Positions 9,881 to 20,891 of a DNA stretch of 64,000 bases are shown here, one piece after another. The stretch is from positions 320,001 through 384,000 of the forward strand of contig CAWBZV010000003.1 of assembly GCA_963793305.1 (NCBI GenBank). The letters run 5' to 3'. The position numbers and the translations under genes are program-made. Origin of the DNA: an uncultured Gemmatimonadales bacterium (GTDB lineage Bacteria > Gemmatimonadota > Gemmatimonadetes > Gemmatimonadales > Gemmatimonadaceae). The notes beneath the pieces were generated by a model, which made no database searches, was not told where the DNA came from, and saw only the letters and a program-made list of their open reading frames with translations. Each line of letters starts with the position of its first letter. Positions within the stretch are counted from its first letter, which is position 1.

Positions 9881-11226
9881 ACCCCCACCGGCAGCCTGAC
9901 CGTGGCCACGCAGCCGGCGACCTGCTCACGGTTGGCGAGCGTCACCGTACCTCCATGTGCCTCAGCGATTTGCCGGCTCAGGGCCAGGCCGATTCCCGAC
10001 CCGTTGGGCTTGGTCGTGTAGAAGGGCACAAATAGGTTCGCTGTCGCCCCGACGCCCGGGCCGTCGTCTTCGACCGCGACCTCCACATGTCCGTCGCTGG
10101 CCGCCCAACCAATGGTCACCCCGCCCCCGGTCTCGAGCGCGGCGTCGGCCGCGTTCCGCACCAGGTTGATGAGCATCTGGTCGAGCTGGTCGGCGTCGCC
10201 GAGGATAGTAGTGGGCCCGCCCTCGGCCACGTTCACCGCCAGCCGCGTCTCCATGGCGGTCGCCCGGCGCACCCACGCCCCGACATCCACTTGCGCCACC
10301 TTCGGTGGCGGCAACTGCGCGAGTCGCGCGTAGGACGACATGAACCGCGATAACCCCTCGGACCGCCCCGCGATGACTGTCAACCCGCGCACCACATCAT
10401 CTGCCAGATCGATCGGCGCCGGATCGCGTGTCATGAGCGAGCGGAGGGTATGGGCGATCGATTGAATGGGCGCCAGCGAGTTATTGATCTCGTGGCTCAA
10501 CACGCGCACGAGTCGTCGCCACGCCGCGAGCTGTTCCTCGCGCAGTGTGCGACTCAAATCCGTGAGCACGAGGAGTGTGTGCGGCCGCCCGTCTTGTCTG
10601 AACGTGCTGCGTCGAATTCCCCACCGACCCGCCGGCGCCCCGGGGAACGTGAGATCTTCCACGCGCGGCGCTTCACCTTCGAGCGGCCGATCGAGTCCGA
10701 GCGTCTCGGCACTCTGGCCGAGGAGCCGCGGGGCGGGCACTCCGAGGAGTTTCTCGCCGGCGCGATTGACGAGGCGCAATCGACTCTCGGCGTCGAAGGC
10801 GAACACGCCGAGGTCGATCTCGGCCATCACGGTTCTGAGTAGCGCCGCTGCCTCAAGCTCTCCAAGACGCCACGAACGCAGTTGAGCGCCCAAGAGACTC
10901 GTCTCCATGAGCGCGAGCCCCAACGCGTCCTCTGGCGACGCGGCCGCCGCGCGCATGCTATAGTCGCCCTCGCGCAGCGCCGCGACCATGTTCGACAAGC
11001 TCTGCAGCGGTCGGACGACCTCGTTGCGCACGGCATACGCGCCACCGAGCCAGCAGGCGCCGAGGATGAGCGCGATCGTGACACGCGTGGCGCTGGAGAG
11101 CGGAGTGCTCCATAACCAGAGCACGGCGATCAGCATCGCCGGAGTAGCGGGGATGAGCGCCAGCATCAACACGCGGCGCTCGTGCTTTAGCCGCCTGTGC
11201 GGACGGGGTCGGGGGTCACCGGCCAT
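9862..11226 (-). CDS. sensor histidine kinase (TM-HAMP-PAS-HisKA-HATPase, NtrY-like)
   Basis: SHEINNSL H-box, NLVRNA N-box, DDGPG, GSGIGL. Confidence 0.92.
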   Translation of the reverse strand: MAGDPRPRPHRRLKHERRVLMLALIPATPAMLIAVLWLWSTPLSSATRVTIALILGACWLGGAYAVRNEVVRPLQSLSNMVAALREGDYSMRAAAASPEDALGLALMETSLLGAQLRSWRLGELEAAALLRTVMAEIDLGVFAFDAESRLRLVNRAGEKLLGVPAPRLLGQSAETLGLDRPLEGEAPRVEDLTFPGAPAGRWGIRRSTFRQDGRPHTLLVLTDLSRTLREEQLAAWRRLVRVLSHEINNSLAPIQSIAHTLRSLMTRDPAPIDLADDVVRGLTVIAGRSEGLSRFMSSYARLAQLPPPKVAQVDVGAWVRRATAMETRLAVNVAEGGPTTILGDADQLDQMLINLVRNAADAALETGGGVTIGWAASDGHVEVAVEDDGPGVGATANLFVPFYTTKPNGSGIGLALSRQIAEAHGGTVTLANREQVAGCVATVRLPVGVASFSA

Positions 11227-12572
11227 TACTCTCTAATCGACGATACAACGCGCTTCGGCTCAAGCCGAGGGCCTTGGCGGCGGCACTGACATTCCCGTCA
11301 AACCGGGCCAGCGCCCGTTCTATGAGAACCCGCTCGGCCTCCTCCAGGGTCATATCCTCGAGCCTCGCCGTGGGGCCGCCGGCCGGAGGTCTGAGCCCCA
11401 AGTCGGCCGCCTGCAGTGTATCGCCAGAGGCCATGAGAACGCCCCTTTCTACGGCATTCTCCAACTGCCTGACATTTCCCGGCCAGGTGTACTCCAGCAG
11501 CGCATGCACGGCGCCGTTGTCGAGCTTGAGCCCCCGACGACCATAATGGACCGCATGCCGTTCCAAGAAATATCTCGCCAACGGCAGAATATCATCGCGC
11601 CGCTCGCGAAGCGGTGGCAGAACGATCTCAATAGTGTTCAGCCGGAATAACAGATCTTCACGAAAGCGACCCGCCGCGACTTCGTCCGTGAGCACCGCGT
11701 TCGTGGCCGCCATGATGCGCACGTCCACACGGCGCGCGCGGGCCGAGCCGACGCGCTCGACCTCACGAGTCTGCAGTACCCGGAGCAGCTTCGACTGCTG
11801 CGCCATGGAGACGTTCGCGACTTCGTCGAGAAAGAGCGAACCCCCGTCGGCCAACTCGAATCGCCCCATGCGATCCGCTCTCGCATCGGTGAACGCGCCT
11901 TTGACGTGCCCGAACAACTCGCTCTCGAACACCCCGTCGGCCAGCCCGCCCAGGTTGACGGCCACGAAAGGACGCGCGGCACGACCCGAGGCACTGTGCA
12001 ACCACTGCGCGACGAGCTCTTTCCCGGTTCCATGCTCGCCGGTGATCATCACGTTCGCGTCCGACGGCGCGATCCGCGCCATGAGCTCCAGCACGGGCCG
12101 CATGCGCGGCGCTTCGGCGATCATGAGCGGACGTCCAGGCGTCGGCCGCAACGCCTCGATCTCGCGCTCCAGGCGCCGCCCGGCGCGCAGTGCTTTCGCC
12201 ATTTCGACCTGTCGCCGCACCGTCGCGACGAGTCGCGCGTTGTCCCACGGTTTCTCGACGTAGTCGTAGGCCCCGCGCCGCATGGCTTCGACGGCGAGGT
12301 CGACACTGGACCACGCGGTCATGACGGCAACGGGCAACGTCGCGTCGACGGCCTGTATGCGCGCCAGGAGCTCGAGTCCCTCCTGCCCGGAACGTCGTAT
12401 CGCGGGCGTAATTCAAGTCGATGAGCGCCCCGTCGTACTCCTGCCGGTCCAGCGCCGCGAGGATGCCCGCCGGCGACCGCGCGCTCTCCAGCTCGAAGCC
12501 CTCGGCCTTGAGCAGGAGCGCGAGCGCCTCGATGATGTCGGCCTGATCGTCCGCGATCAGCAGTCGTGGCAT
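11216..12572 (-). CDS. sigma54-dependent response regulator (NtrC family), +1 frameshift near 12391
   Basis: Receiver MPRLLIADDQ, GEHGTGKE, GAFTDA, WPGNVRQL, Fis HTH; repair restores DLNYARDTTSGQEG. Confidence 0.92.
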
Positions 12573-15025
12573 TATTCGGAACGTAGCGCGACGACGGGAT
12601 CGACGCGTGCGGCGCGTCGAGCGGGCACGTAGCTGGCAAGCGCCGCGACCACGGCCAGGACCCCCACGACGGTTACCAGCGTACCCGGATCATTTGGCCC
12701 GATGCCGTAGAGCAATGACCGCATGGTCCGGCCGAGTACGAAGGCGCCGCCGGCGCCGATGACGAGCCCGATCCCGACCAACGCGGTCGCACTCTGCGCC
12801 ACGAGGGCCACCACGTCGCCCGCCTGCGCCCCGAGCGCCATCCGAATGCCGAGCTCCGGCGTGCGTTGCGTGACCGAGTACGCGATCACGCCGTGGAGGC
12901 CGAGCGCGGCGAGGACGAGCGCCACGCCCGAGAAGATCGTGAGCAGCGTCATGATGAACCGCTGGCGCGACACGTTCGCCTCCATCCATCCCTCCGCGGT
13001 GCTCAGAGCCCGCACGACAACGTCCGGGTCGACCGCCGCGGCGGCCCGCCGCACGGCACCAACCAGGGCTGCCGGTGACGACGTGGTCCGTACGACGACG
13101 TCACCGACTCCGTATCCGCTCACCCCTACTGGCACGTACACCGCGGGATATGGCTCCTCGCTGAGATCGAATTTCTTGACGTCGCCAGCGACGCCGATCA
13201 CGGTCGTGCGGATCCGGTGCCCGAAGCCGGGATCACCATGTGCCGCATTGAGAACGGTGAGCTCGTGGCCGATCGGGTCGCCGCTCGGCCAGTAGCGCTT
13301 CGCGGCCGTGGCGCTCACGATCGAAGGGACGTTGTCGGCCGTGATGTCGGCCTCGGTAAACTCGCGGCCCTCAATGATCGGAATGCCGATCGTCGAGAAA
13401 TACCGCGGGTAGGTGAGCTCGTAGACCGCGCCGAGTGTATCCGACGCCGGGTCGCGTCCGTCCGGGCCACTCTGCGTGTACGTTCCGCCCGCGCCGAGCG
13501 GGACGTGGTTGACGAACGACACGGATGCGACGCCCGGCATCGAGAGGGCGTCGGACACCCGGCGGAGCAGCGCGAGCTGCGATGGCGGATCGGTGAATTT
13601 CCCCTTCGGCGTCTGCAGGTGGAACCCGATGACGTGCTGGGTATCGAACCCCGGATTGACGGCACGCAGGAGCGCGAAGCTCTTGATGAGGAGGCCGGCT
13701 CCGGCAATGAGCACGACGGAGAACGCGACTTGCGTGGTGACGATTGCGCCCCGGAGCCGCATGCCGCGGCGCGCGGCGCCCGCTCCGCGCGAGCCGGCCT
13801 TGAGCGCGGACACCAGGGCCCCTCGCCCGACCGCGGCGAGTGGCGCGAGCGCACAGATCACGGTCGCGAGCGTCGTCGCCAGCAGGGCGGCGACCAACGC
13901 GCGCCAGTCGACGCTAATCTCATCCAGCCTCGGAATCGTCGCTGGCGCGGCGGCTACGAACGCACGGACTCCAGCGAACGCGAGCGCGATGCCCAGCACC
14001 CCGCCCGCGAGCGCCATGAGGCCGCTCTCGGCCAAGAGCACGCGCGCTATCCGCATGCGTCCCGCGCCAAGCGCGGCGCGAACGGCAATCTCCCGTTCAC
14101 GCGCCGTGGCGCGTACCAGAGCCAGATTGGCAACGTCGGCACACGCGAGGAGCAGGACCAACGCGACCGCGAGGCTCAACACGGCGAATGCCGGCCCGAT
14201 CGAGCCGACGACCTGGTCGCGAAGCGGTCGGACCAGAGCCGACGGCAGCGCCGAATCCGTCGCCGGATACGCCAGCGCGATATTCGCCGCCAGCGTCCTG
14301 AGCTGCCGCTCCGCTTGCTCGCGAGTGACGCCGGACTTGAGCCGGGCGATCGTACGCGCATCCGAGTGATTCGTCCTCTGACTCATCCGGTCGCGCATGT
14401 ACGGCGCGGACGCGAGCGAAGCGTAGACGTTCGCCTGGAGGCCGGGGATCCAGTCCGGATACGCCTGGCCTGCGTCGAGCACGCCAACGATCGTGAAGTG
14501 GTTGATGGTCAGGTCGATCGTTTTTCCAATGACGCGCGGATCGGCCGCGAAATCGTCTGTCCACATCCGGTGCGACAACACCACGACCGGTGGCGCGTCA
14601 GGCCGATTGTCCGCGGGCGTGAGCAGTCGGCCGAGCGCGGGTCGCGCTCGAAGCACTGGAAAGAAATCGTCGCTCACCAATGCGATGAGGAGCGACTCGC
14701 TCCCACCTGGCCGCTTGAATGTCGCGCCGTCGCCCGTGATATAGGCGAAGCCACTGAAGACGTCCGCTTTCTGGCGCATCTCCTCGAACGCCGGGTACGA
14801 CGGAACTGCCCCTTCCCGGGCGGCCTCGCTGGCGCGATTCGTGGAGTACACGTTGACCAGCTGATCAGGCTCGGCGTACGGCAACGGCTTGAGCAGCACA
14901 CTGCCGACAACCGTGAACGCCGCAGTCGTGACGCCAATGCCTAAGGCCAGCGTCAGAATCGCCACGCCGGAGTAGAGCGGCGACCGCGCGAGCGCGCGGA
15001 AGGCTTGTCGCAGATCGTCTCGCAC
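12572..15025 (-). CDS. ADOP-type duplicated ABC permease (MacB/FtsX family)
   Basis: GTG at 15025 (VRDDLRQAFRAL), TLALGIG, REIAVRAALGA, ELGIRMALGA, DPVVALRSE; 817 aa. Confidence 0.9.
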   Translation of the reverse strand: MRDDLRQAFRALARSPLYSGVAILTLALGIGVTTAAFTVVGSVLLKPLPYAEPDQLVNVYSTNRASEAAREGAVPSYPAFEEMRQKADVFSGFAYITGDGATFKRPGGSESLLIALVSDDFFPVLRARPALGRLLTPADNRPDAPPVVVLSHRMWTDDFAADPRVIGKTIDLTINHFTIVGVLDAGQAYPDWIPGLQANVYASLASAPYMRDRMSQRTNHSDARTIARLKSGVTREQAERQLRTLAANIALAYPATDSALPSALVRPLRDQVVGSIGPAFAVLSLAVALVLLLACADVANLALVRATAREREIAVRAALGAGRMRIARVLLAESGLMALAGGVLGIALAFAGVRAFVAAAPATIPRLDEISVDWRALVAALLATTLATVICALAPLAAVGRGALVSALKAGSRGAGAARRGMRLRGAIVTTQVAFSVVLIAGAGLLIKSFALLRAVNPGFDTQHVIGFHLQTPKGKFTDPPSQLALLRRVSDALSMPGVASVSFVNHVPLGAGGTYTQSGPDGRDPASDTLGAVYELTYPRYFSTIGIPIIEGREFTEADITADNVPSIVSATAAKRYWPSGDPIGHELTVLNAAHGDPGFGHRIRTTVIGVAGDVKKFDLSEEPYPAVYVPVGVSGYGVGDVVVRTTSSPAALVGAVRRAAAAVDPDVVVRALSTAEGWMEANVSRQRFIMTLLTIFSGVALVLAALGLHGVIAYSVTQRTPELGIRMALGAQAGDVVALVAQSATALVGIGLVIGAGGAFVLGRTMRSLLYGIGPNDPGTLVTVVGVLAVVAALASYVPARRAARVDPVVALRSE

Positions 15026-15027
15026 GG

Positions 15028-17473
15028 TTACTCCGCCCGGAGGGCGATCACTGGTTCGACGCGTGCCGCCCGTCGTGCGGGCAGGTAGCTGGCCAGGGCT
15101 CCCACGACCATCAGTAGCCCCGAGACCGAGACGAAGGTCACCGGGTCGCCCGACTGGACGCCGTAGAGGAGCGACTGAATGGCCCGTCCGAGCACGAAGG
15201 CGCCGCAGGCGCCGAGTACCAGACCGCCCACGACGAGCACCGACGCGCTCCGTGCGACGAGACTCACCATGTCCGATCCGCGCGCGCCGAGCGCCATCCG
15301 GATACCGAGCTCGGACGTGCGCTGCGTGACGGAATACGCGATGACGCCATAGAGGCCCAGTGCGGCGAGGATGAGCGCGATGACGGAAAAGAGTCCGAGC
15401 ACGGACATCTCGAAACTCCGGCCCGGCGAACCCACCATCGACGCGGGTCAACTCGTCCGATATCCCCGTCGTCGTGGCGAGATTCGGATCGAGCGCATTA
15501 AAGCGCCGCCGGATGATCGAGACGAGCGACTTCGGCGGCACCGTGGTCCGCACGAGGGCCCAAGCGGCCGCGGGCACCGGATGCGTGATCGGCAGATAGA
15601 CCGTTTGCTGTACCTTCTCGTCGAGCGAGAACTTTTTCACCTCACCGGCGACGCCGATGACAATCGCCCGGATGGGCTTCCCGAAGTCTGGATTCTTGTA
15701 GTGCACCGCGCTCGTCACCGTCATCTCGTGGCCGATTGGATCCGCATCCGGCCAGTAGTGGCGCGCGGTGGCCGCGCTCACGATCGCCGGCACGGGCTTG
15801 GCACGGAGGTCGGCGTCGGTGAACTCCCGGCCCCGGAGCATCGGGATATGCATGGTCGCGAAGTATCCCGGGCTCACGACCTCGAAGACCGCGCCGGCGC
15901 TATCGGTCGTGTACTCGCGATTGTCGGGTCCGACCGGCGTGGACGTTGATCCAAATTCGAGCGGAATGTGATTGGCGAAGGCGACCGACTGCACGCCGGG
16001 CACGCGCGCCGCATCCGCGATGCGCTGCATCAGGTCGAGCCGTGCCGCGGGATCCGCGAAACGCGCCTCTGGCGTGTCAAAGTCCCAGGTAATGAGATGA
16101 CTGGGGTCGTAACCCGGATCGACGCTGCGCAGCAGCGAATAGCTGCGGATCAAAAGTCCCGCGCCAGTCACGAGCACGACCGACAGCGCGACCTGGGCGA
16201 CGACGATCATGGACCGAAGTCGTACGCTCCGGCGGTCAGAGCTGGTGCCGCGGCCGCCCGCCTTGAGCGCCGGCAGCAGGTCCCCACGCGTCACAGCGAT
16301 CGGTGCCAGCGCGGCGAGCACGCAGGCGAGGGCAGTCGCCGCGAGCGCCACGGCGAGTGTGCCGAGGTCGAGATGCACTTCATCGAGCCGGGGCAGGTAG
16401 GTCTGCGCGCTTGCCGCGAGCGCCTTGACGCCCAGGAGCGCGATGCCGAGACCTAAGATCCCGGCTGCGGTGGCGAGGACGGCGCTCTCGAACAGCATGG
16501 CACGGATCACGCGCCCACGCGAGGCGCCGAGCGAGATGCGTACCGCGATCTCGCGAGCGCGCCCCGTGGCGCGAACCAGCCCCAGGTTCGCGACGTCAGC
16601 CGTCGCGAGGAGCAGCACGAGCGCGATTGCCGTGGCCAGAACGGTGAGCGCTGGACCGACGCCCTGCTGGACTTCGACACGGAGCGGGTTCAGGCGAACC
16701 GAGAGCGTCGAGTCGGTCGCGGGATACTCGGCGGCCAGGCGCCTGGCGATGGTTCGCATCTGTTGCTCGGCCTGTCCCTGCGTCAAGCCGGACTTGAGCC
16801 GCGCGATCACGCGGGAGTCCGAGTGGCTCGCGCGACTGTTGAGTGCGGCGCTGTTCGGGCTCCGCATGGAATTCATTGGCACATACAGCGCGCCGTCGTT
16901 GTATCGAATCCAGTCGGGATACGCCGCGCCAGTCTCGAGCACGCCGACGACCGTAAAGTGCCCGGTCGAGAGATCGACGTCGCGGCCGATCACGTGGGGG
17001 TCGGCGGCGAAGTAGTTGACCCACATGTCGTGCGTGAGCACGGTGACCGGCGGCGCGCCGGGCCGGTTGTCCTCAGGCGTCAGCAGCCGTCCGATCGCGG
17101 GTCGCGGGCGCAGCACGGAGAAGAAGTTGTCCGTGACCGTCGCGAACCAGATCGTCACGTTACCCTCCGCGCGGTGGAGGGTCGCCGAGCCGCCGGTCAT
17201 GAACGCCATGCCCGTGAATACGTCCTGCGAGCGGTCGTAGTCCTGGAAGTCCGGATACGACATGAGCCCAGTGGTCGTATCGTGCGTCGACGACGAGAGG
17301 ACTGCGACCAGTCGATCGGGCTGGGCGTACGGGAGCGGCGCGAGCAGTATGCCGTTGAATACCGTGAACGCGGCGGTCGAAGCGCCGATGCCGAGCGCGA
17401 GTGTCAGGATCGCTATGACGGAATAGATCGGCGATCTGAGTAGCGCCCGGATCGCTTGACTCACGTCATCCAC
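15028..17473 (-). CDS. ADOP-type duplicated ABC permease, +1 frameshift near 15415
   Basis: Same motifs as the downstream paralog; its true C-terminus (ELGIRMALGA...EPVIALRAE) lies in the 15028..15438 ORF. Confidence 0.88.
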
Positions 17474-18186
17474 CCGTCGCGCAGCGTCACGATTCGTTTG
17501 CCCGCGGCCGCATTCTCCTCGGAGTGCGTGACCTGCACGATCGTGGTGCCCCGCGCGTTCAACTCGCGGAATAGCGACATGATCTCGCGGCCTTGGCTGG
17601 AATGCAGATTGCCCGTGGGCTCGTCGGCCAAAATCACCGCCGGCTCAGCAATCACGGCTCGCGCAATGCCAACGAGTTGCTGTTGCCCGCCCGACAGTTG
17701 CTGGGGGTACAGATCTTTCTTTCCCACAATCCCAAACCGGTCCAGCGTATCCGCGACCAATGCCTGTCGCTTTGCGCGCGGGACATCACGATAGGAAAGC
17801 GGAACGTCGAGGTTCTCGGCGACCGTCAGGTCATCCAGCAGGTGGTACTGCTGGAACACGAACCCGATGTGGCGTTTCCCGAGGGCCACGCGAGACTTGT
17901 GGGGCAAGGCGTGCACGCCTTCGCCGGCGAGCCAGTACTGCCCACTCCACCCGGAGTCCAGCATGCCGAGCAGGTTGAGCAACGTGGACTTGCCCGCGCC
18001 CGACGGCCCCATGATCGACACGAAATCGCCCGCGGCTATATCGAGCGTAATGTTGCGTAATACATAGTTGCGACTGCCACCGGCCTCGTACCAGCGCTCC
18101 ACGCCCCGGAGCGCAATCAATGTCTCGCCGGGCTGCGCAACGACGCGCGCCTCCGGCGTGACTTCCGCTTTCTTCGCAAAGATCAC
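17461..18186 (-). CDS. ABC transporter ATP-binding protein (LolD/MacB type)
   Basis: GPSGAGKS, LSGGQQQ, ILADEPTGNL, VTH. Confidence 0.92.
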   Translation of the reverse strand: MIFAKKAEVTPEARVVAQPGETLIALRGVERWYEAGGSRNYVLRNITLDIAAGDFVSIMGPSGAGKSTLLNLLGMLDSGWSGQYWLAGEGVHALPHKSRVALGKRHIGFVFQQYHLLDDLTVAENLDVPLSYRDVPRAKRQALVADTLDRFGIVGKKDLYPQQLSGGQQQLVGIARAVIAEPAVILADEPTGNLHSSQGREIMSLFRELNARGTTIVQVTHSEENAAAGKRIVTLRDGWMT

Positions 18187-18563
18187 TCGACAACCTCCGT
18201 TGTAACCGACGCCCGAACGGCGAGCACTCGTGTATCGCCAGTGCCAACGATACGCGCGTGCACCGAGTCGTGCAGGACGCGCCCCGAGGCGCCAAAGAGC
18301 AGCAGCGCGGCGATGAGCTCACCGAGCACGAGCTTCGCGTGCATTTTCCGTCCGTCGAACGCCTCGAACACTGACAGGATCGCCGGGACGACGGCGAACA
18401 GGATCACGGCCACGGCGATAAAGGCCTGAGCAAAGCCGAGCGCCGATCCGGTGATCTCGACACCGTGCACGTGCGCCACGCGAATAAGACGTTCGCCGTA
18501 TACGGTGCCGCAGAGCACAGTGCAAACGATGAGCAAACGCTCGAAGAGGCGAGCCATAATCAC
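18183..18563 (-). CDS. hypothetical membrane protein
   Basis: Three hydrophobic segments; 4-bp overlaps with both neighbours. Confidence 0.6.
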   Translation of the reverse strand: MIMARLFERLLIVCTVLCGTVYGERLIRVAHVHGVEITGSALGFAQAFIAVAVILFAVVPAILSVFEAFDGRKMHAKLVLGELIAALLLFGASGRVLHDSVHARIVGTGDTRVLAVRASVTTEVVE

Positions 18564-18763
18564 TCCGCTCGCAGCGCCACCACGGGATCCACCTGCGCGG
18601 CGTTGCGCACGCCCGTGGGTGGACGCAGGAACAGCACGTTCGCGATGCTGAACATCGCGATATTCGCGCCGATCCCGATCGCGAGACAGCAGACGATCAG
18701 TGTGGCGAAGGCCGGCCGAGCCCGAAGTGCGCGCACGGCCGCTTCAATGTCGTCGCGCAGCAT
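18560..18763 (-). pseudogene. ADOP permease remnant with a large in-frame internal deletion
   Basis: ADOP N-terminus (DDIEAAVRALRARPAF...LAIGIGANIAMFS...LRP) joined directly to the ADOP C-terminal motif AAQVDPVVALRAE. Confidence 0.75.
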
Positions 18764-18770
18764 GGTGCTC

Positions 18771-19514
18771 TCAGCCGGTGAATCCGAACCCGCTCTCGGT
18801 CAGCTTGCGCTCGTCTTCGCGCTGCTTCGCGCCTTCCTCGTCCTCGACAACCCGGCCGTCGAACAGGTGTACGGCCCGCTTGGCGTGCCGCGCGAATCGC
18901 GGATCGTGGGTGACCATGCAGATCGTTGCACCACCCTCGTGCAGCTCGCGCAGCAAGCCCATGACGGCTTCGCCATTTTGCGAGTCGAGGTTACCAGTGG
19001 GCTCGTCCGCGAGGAGAATGAGCGGATCGCCAGCGACCGCGCGCGCGACGGCGACGCGCTGTTGCTGACCGCCTGATAGCTGGGCGGGATAGTGCTTGGT
19101 CCGGTGCGCCATGCCGACCCGTTCGAGGGCTTTCTGCACGCGCGTACGGCGTTCGGCCGAAGCCATGCCGCGGTAGGTCAATGGCAATTCGACGTTCTCA
19201 TAGACGGTGAGATCGCCGATCAGGTTGAAGGCCTGGAAGATGAACCCGATTTGCCGGTTTCTTACTCTCGCGCGATCAGACGCGGAGAGCGAGGCAACCG
19301 GCTCGCCGGCCAACTCGTACTTCCCGTCCGTGGGCGTGTCGAGTAGACCCAGGATCGAGAGCAGCGTGGTTTTCCCGCAGCCGGACGGGCCACCGATGGC
19401 GACGTATTCGCCTTCGCCGATCTGCAGGTGGATCTCCGAGAGCGCGTGCGTCTCGATCTCGTCGGTATAGAACACTTTCTTAATGCCTTCGAGGCTGATC
19501 AAAGAAGTCGTCAT
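18771..19514 (-). CDS. ABC transporter ATP-binding protein (LolD/MacB type)
   Basis: ATG at 19514 (MTTSLISLEGIKK); GPSGCGKT, LSGGQQQR, LADEPTGNLD, VTHD. Confidence 0.93.
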   Translation of the reverse strand: MTTSLISLEGIKKVFYTDEIETHALSEIHLQIGEGEYVAIGGPSGCGKTTLLSILGLLDTPTDGKYELAGEPVASLSASDRARVRNRQIGFIFQAFNLIGDLTVYENVELPLTYRGMASAERRTRVQKALERVGMAHRTKHYPAQLSGGQQQRVAVARAVAGDPLILLADEPTGNLDSQNGEAVMGLLRELHEGGATICMVTHDPRFARHAKRAVHLFDGRVVEDEEGAKQREDERKLTESGFGFTG

Positions 19515-20758
19515 TATTCCACGCGCACCTTGTTGACGTTGTCCCACGCCGACATGTCGGAGATGATCACGCGATCGCCGACCGCGAGTCCCTGCAGTAC
19601 TTCGATCGTCGTAACGGAGCTCTTCCCGAGCTTGACGGTCTTCCGGACGGCGGTATGTCCGTCCGGCCCTATAGCGAACAGCGAGATCGTGCCGTCGGGC
19701 TGCCCGAACGCGGGTCGGCCGACGTAGAGCACGTTGTCGAGTCGCTCGATCTCGATGGTCCCGTCGACGCTCAGATCGGCTCGTGCGCCGGGCGGTAGCG
19801 GGCCTTCGAGCGACACGTCGATACTCACGGTCCCCGCATTCACCGCCGGATCGATGCGCTGCACACGCCCTGGCACGACGCCATTGCGCGTGTCGACCGA
19901 GACGACCTGTCCGACGACAATATCTTTGGCCTGCGTCTCGGGGACCTGGAGCACCGCTTTGAGCTTGCCAGGCTGCGCGACGCGCGCGAGGATCGTCCCG
20001 GGCGTGACCCACTGGCCGAGCAGCAGGGGCATCTCTTGCAGCACGCCCGGTTCACCGGCCGTCACGTGCATCGACTGCACGAGGTCTTGTCTGAACTTGT
20101 TGATCGCTTTCAGTCGTTCGACCTGATCCGCCGCGAGCGCCACCTGCTGGTCGATGGACTCGCTCAGGACCTTGAGCCGGTCCTTCTCGATTTGGAGCGT
20201 TTCTTTCGCGGCCGTCGAGGCGTCGCGCGCTTTCGCGAGCTCGTTCGTGCCCGCGAGGCCTTTCTTGTCGAGCGCTTCGAACACGGCGACCTGCCGCTCC
20301 GCCTCGTTCGCATTCATCTCGGATTGGGTGACCGCCGACGCCTCGGCGAGCTTCGACGTCTCGAGCGACTGCTTGAGCGTCAGGAGCGTGCCCTGGGCGA
20401 GTGAGAGGTTGCGTTCAGCGTCGAGCGCCGCCAGTTGCACGTCGGGGTTCGACAGCAAGGTGATCTCGCTCTCAGGCGTCACGGTGACGCCCGCTTTGAT
20501 CGGCAGCGTTTCGACGCGACCCGCCGTGACGGCCGAGATGATGCGCACGTGCTCCGGCAGCAGTGTGCCGGGCGCGCGTACCTGCCGCAGCATCGTCCCG
20601 CGCCTCACGGAATCGATCCACAGCGTGCTCTTCTCCACGGAGGGTGGACGCGACTCCAGCCGGCTGACCGAAACGGTGAGCGCGCCTATGACTACTACGG
20701 CGCCGGCAATGATCAGATACCGGACGCGCGATTTTGGTTTACTGCGGACGATGTCCAT
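19514..20758 (-). CDS. HlyD/RND-family periplasmic adaptor subunit
   Basis: N-terminal TM, VRRGTMLRQVRAPGTL, coiled-coil hairpin, GL..GDRVIISD. Confidence 0.88.
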   Translation of the reverse strand: MDIVRSKPKSRVRYLIIAGAVVVIGALTVSVSRLESRPPSVEKSTLWIDSVRRGTMLRQVRAPGTLLPEHVRIISAVTAGRVETLPIKAGVTVTPESEITLLSNPDVQLAALDAERNLSLAQGTLLTLKQSLETSKLAEASAVTQSEMNANEAERQVAVFEALDKKGLAGTNELAKARDASTAAKETLQIEKDRLKVLSESIDQQVALAADQVERLKAINKFRQDLVQSMHVTAGEPGVLQEMPLLLGQWVTPGTILARVAQPGKLKAVLQVPETQAKDIVVGQVVSVDTRNGVVPGRVQRIDPAVNAGTVSIDVSLEGPLPPGARADLSVDGTIEIERLDNVLYVGRPAFGQPDGTISLFAIGPDGHTAVRKTVKLGKSSVTTIEVLQGLAVGDRVIISDMSAWDNVNKVRVE

Positions 20759-20771
20759 GGCGTCTTATATA

Positions 20772-20888
20772 AGAAAGAGCCATGCCGGTCGCTACCGGTA
20801 CGCTAAGCTAATTATCTATAGCGACTTACGAGCCGGCGGCCCGCTCGTGTTCCCACCGCGCTTGGGATTTTCGTCCCATTATCGGACA
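20772..20888 (-). promoter_or_regulatory. candidate sigma54 promoter with upstream activator sites
   Basis: Minus-strand CCGGCATGGCTCTTTCT (-24 GG intact, -12 imperfect) at 20772-20788; AT-rich tract; inverted repeats TCCCA-N7-TGGGA and GTCC-N7-GGAC about 60-100 bp upstream. Confidence 0.45.
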
Positions 20889-20891
20889 CGG

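Noticed and set aside
13217..14944. Long antisense ORFs (for example 13217-14944, 4071-5198, 25448-26737, 55870-56934)
   Set aside because: Shadows of GC-rich coding strands, Arg-rich and without motifs
12572..17473. 1633-aa giant quadruplicated permease ORF
   Set aside because: It is two ADOP genes joined by a frameshift near 15415; the first gene's real C-terminus and stop are in another frame, and the bridging sequence is non-homologous
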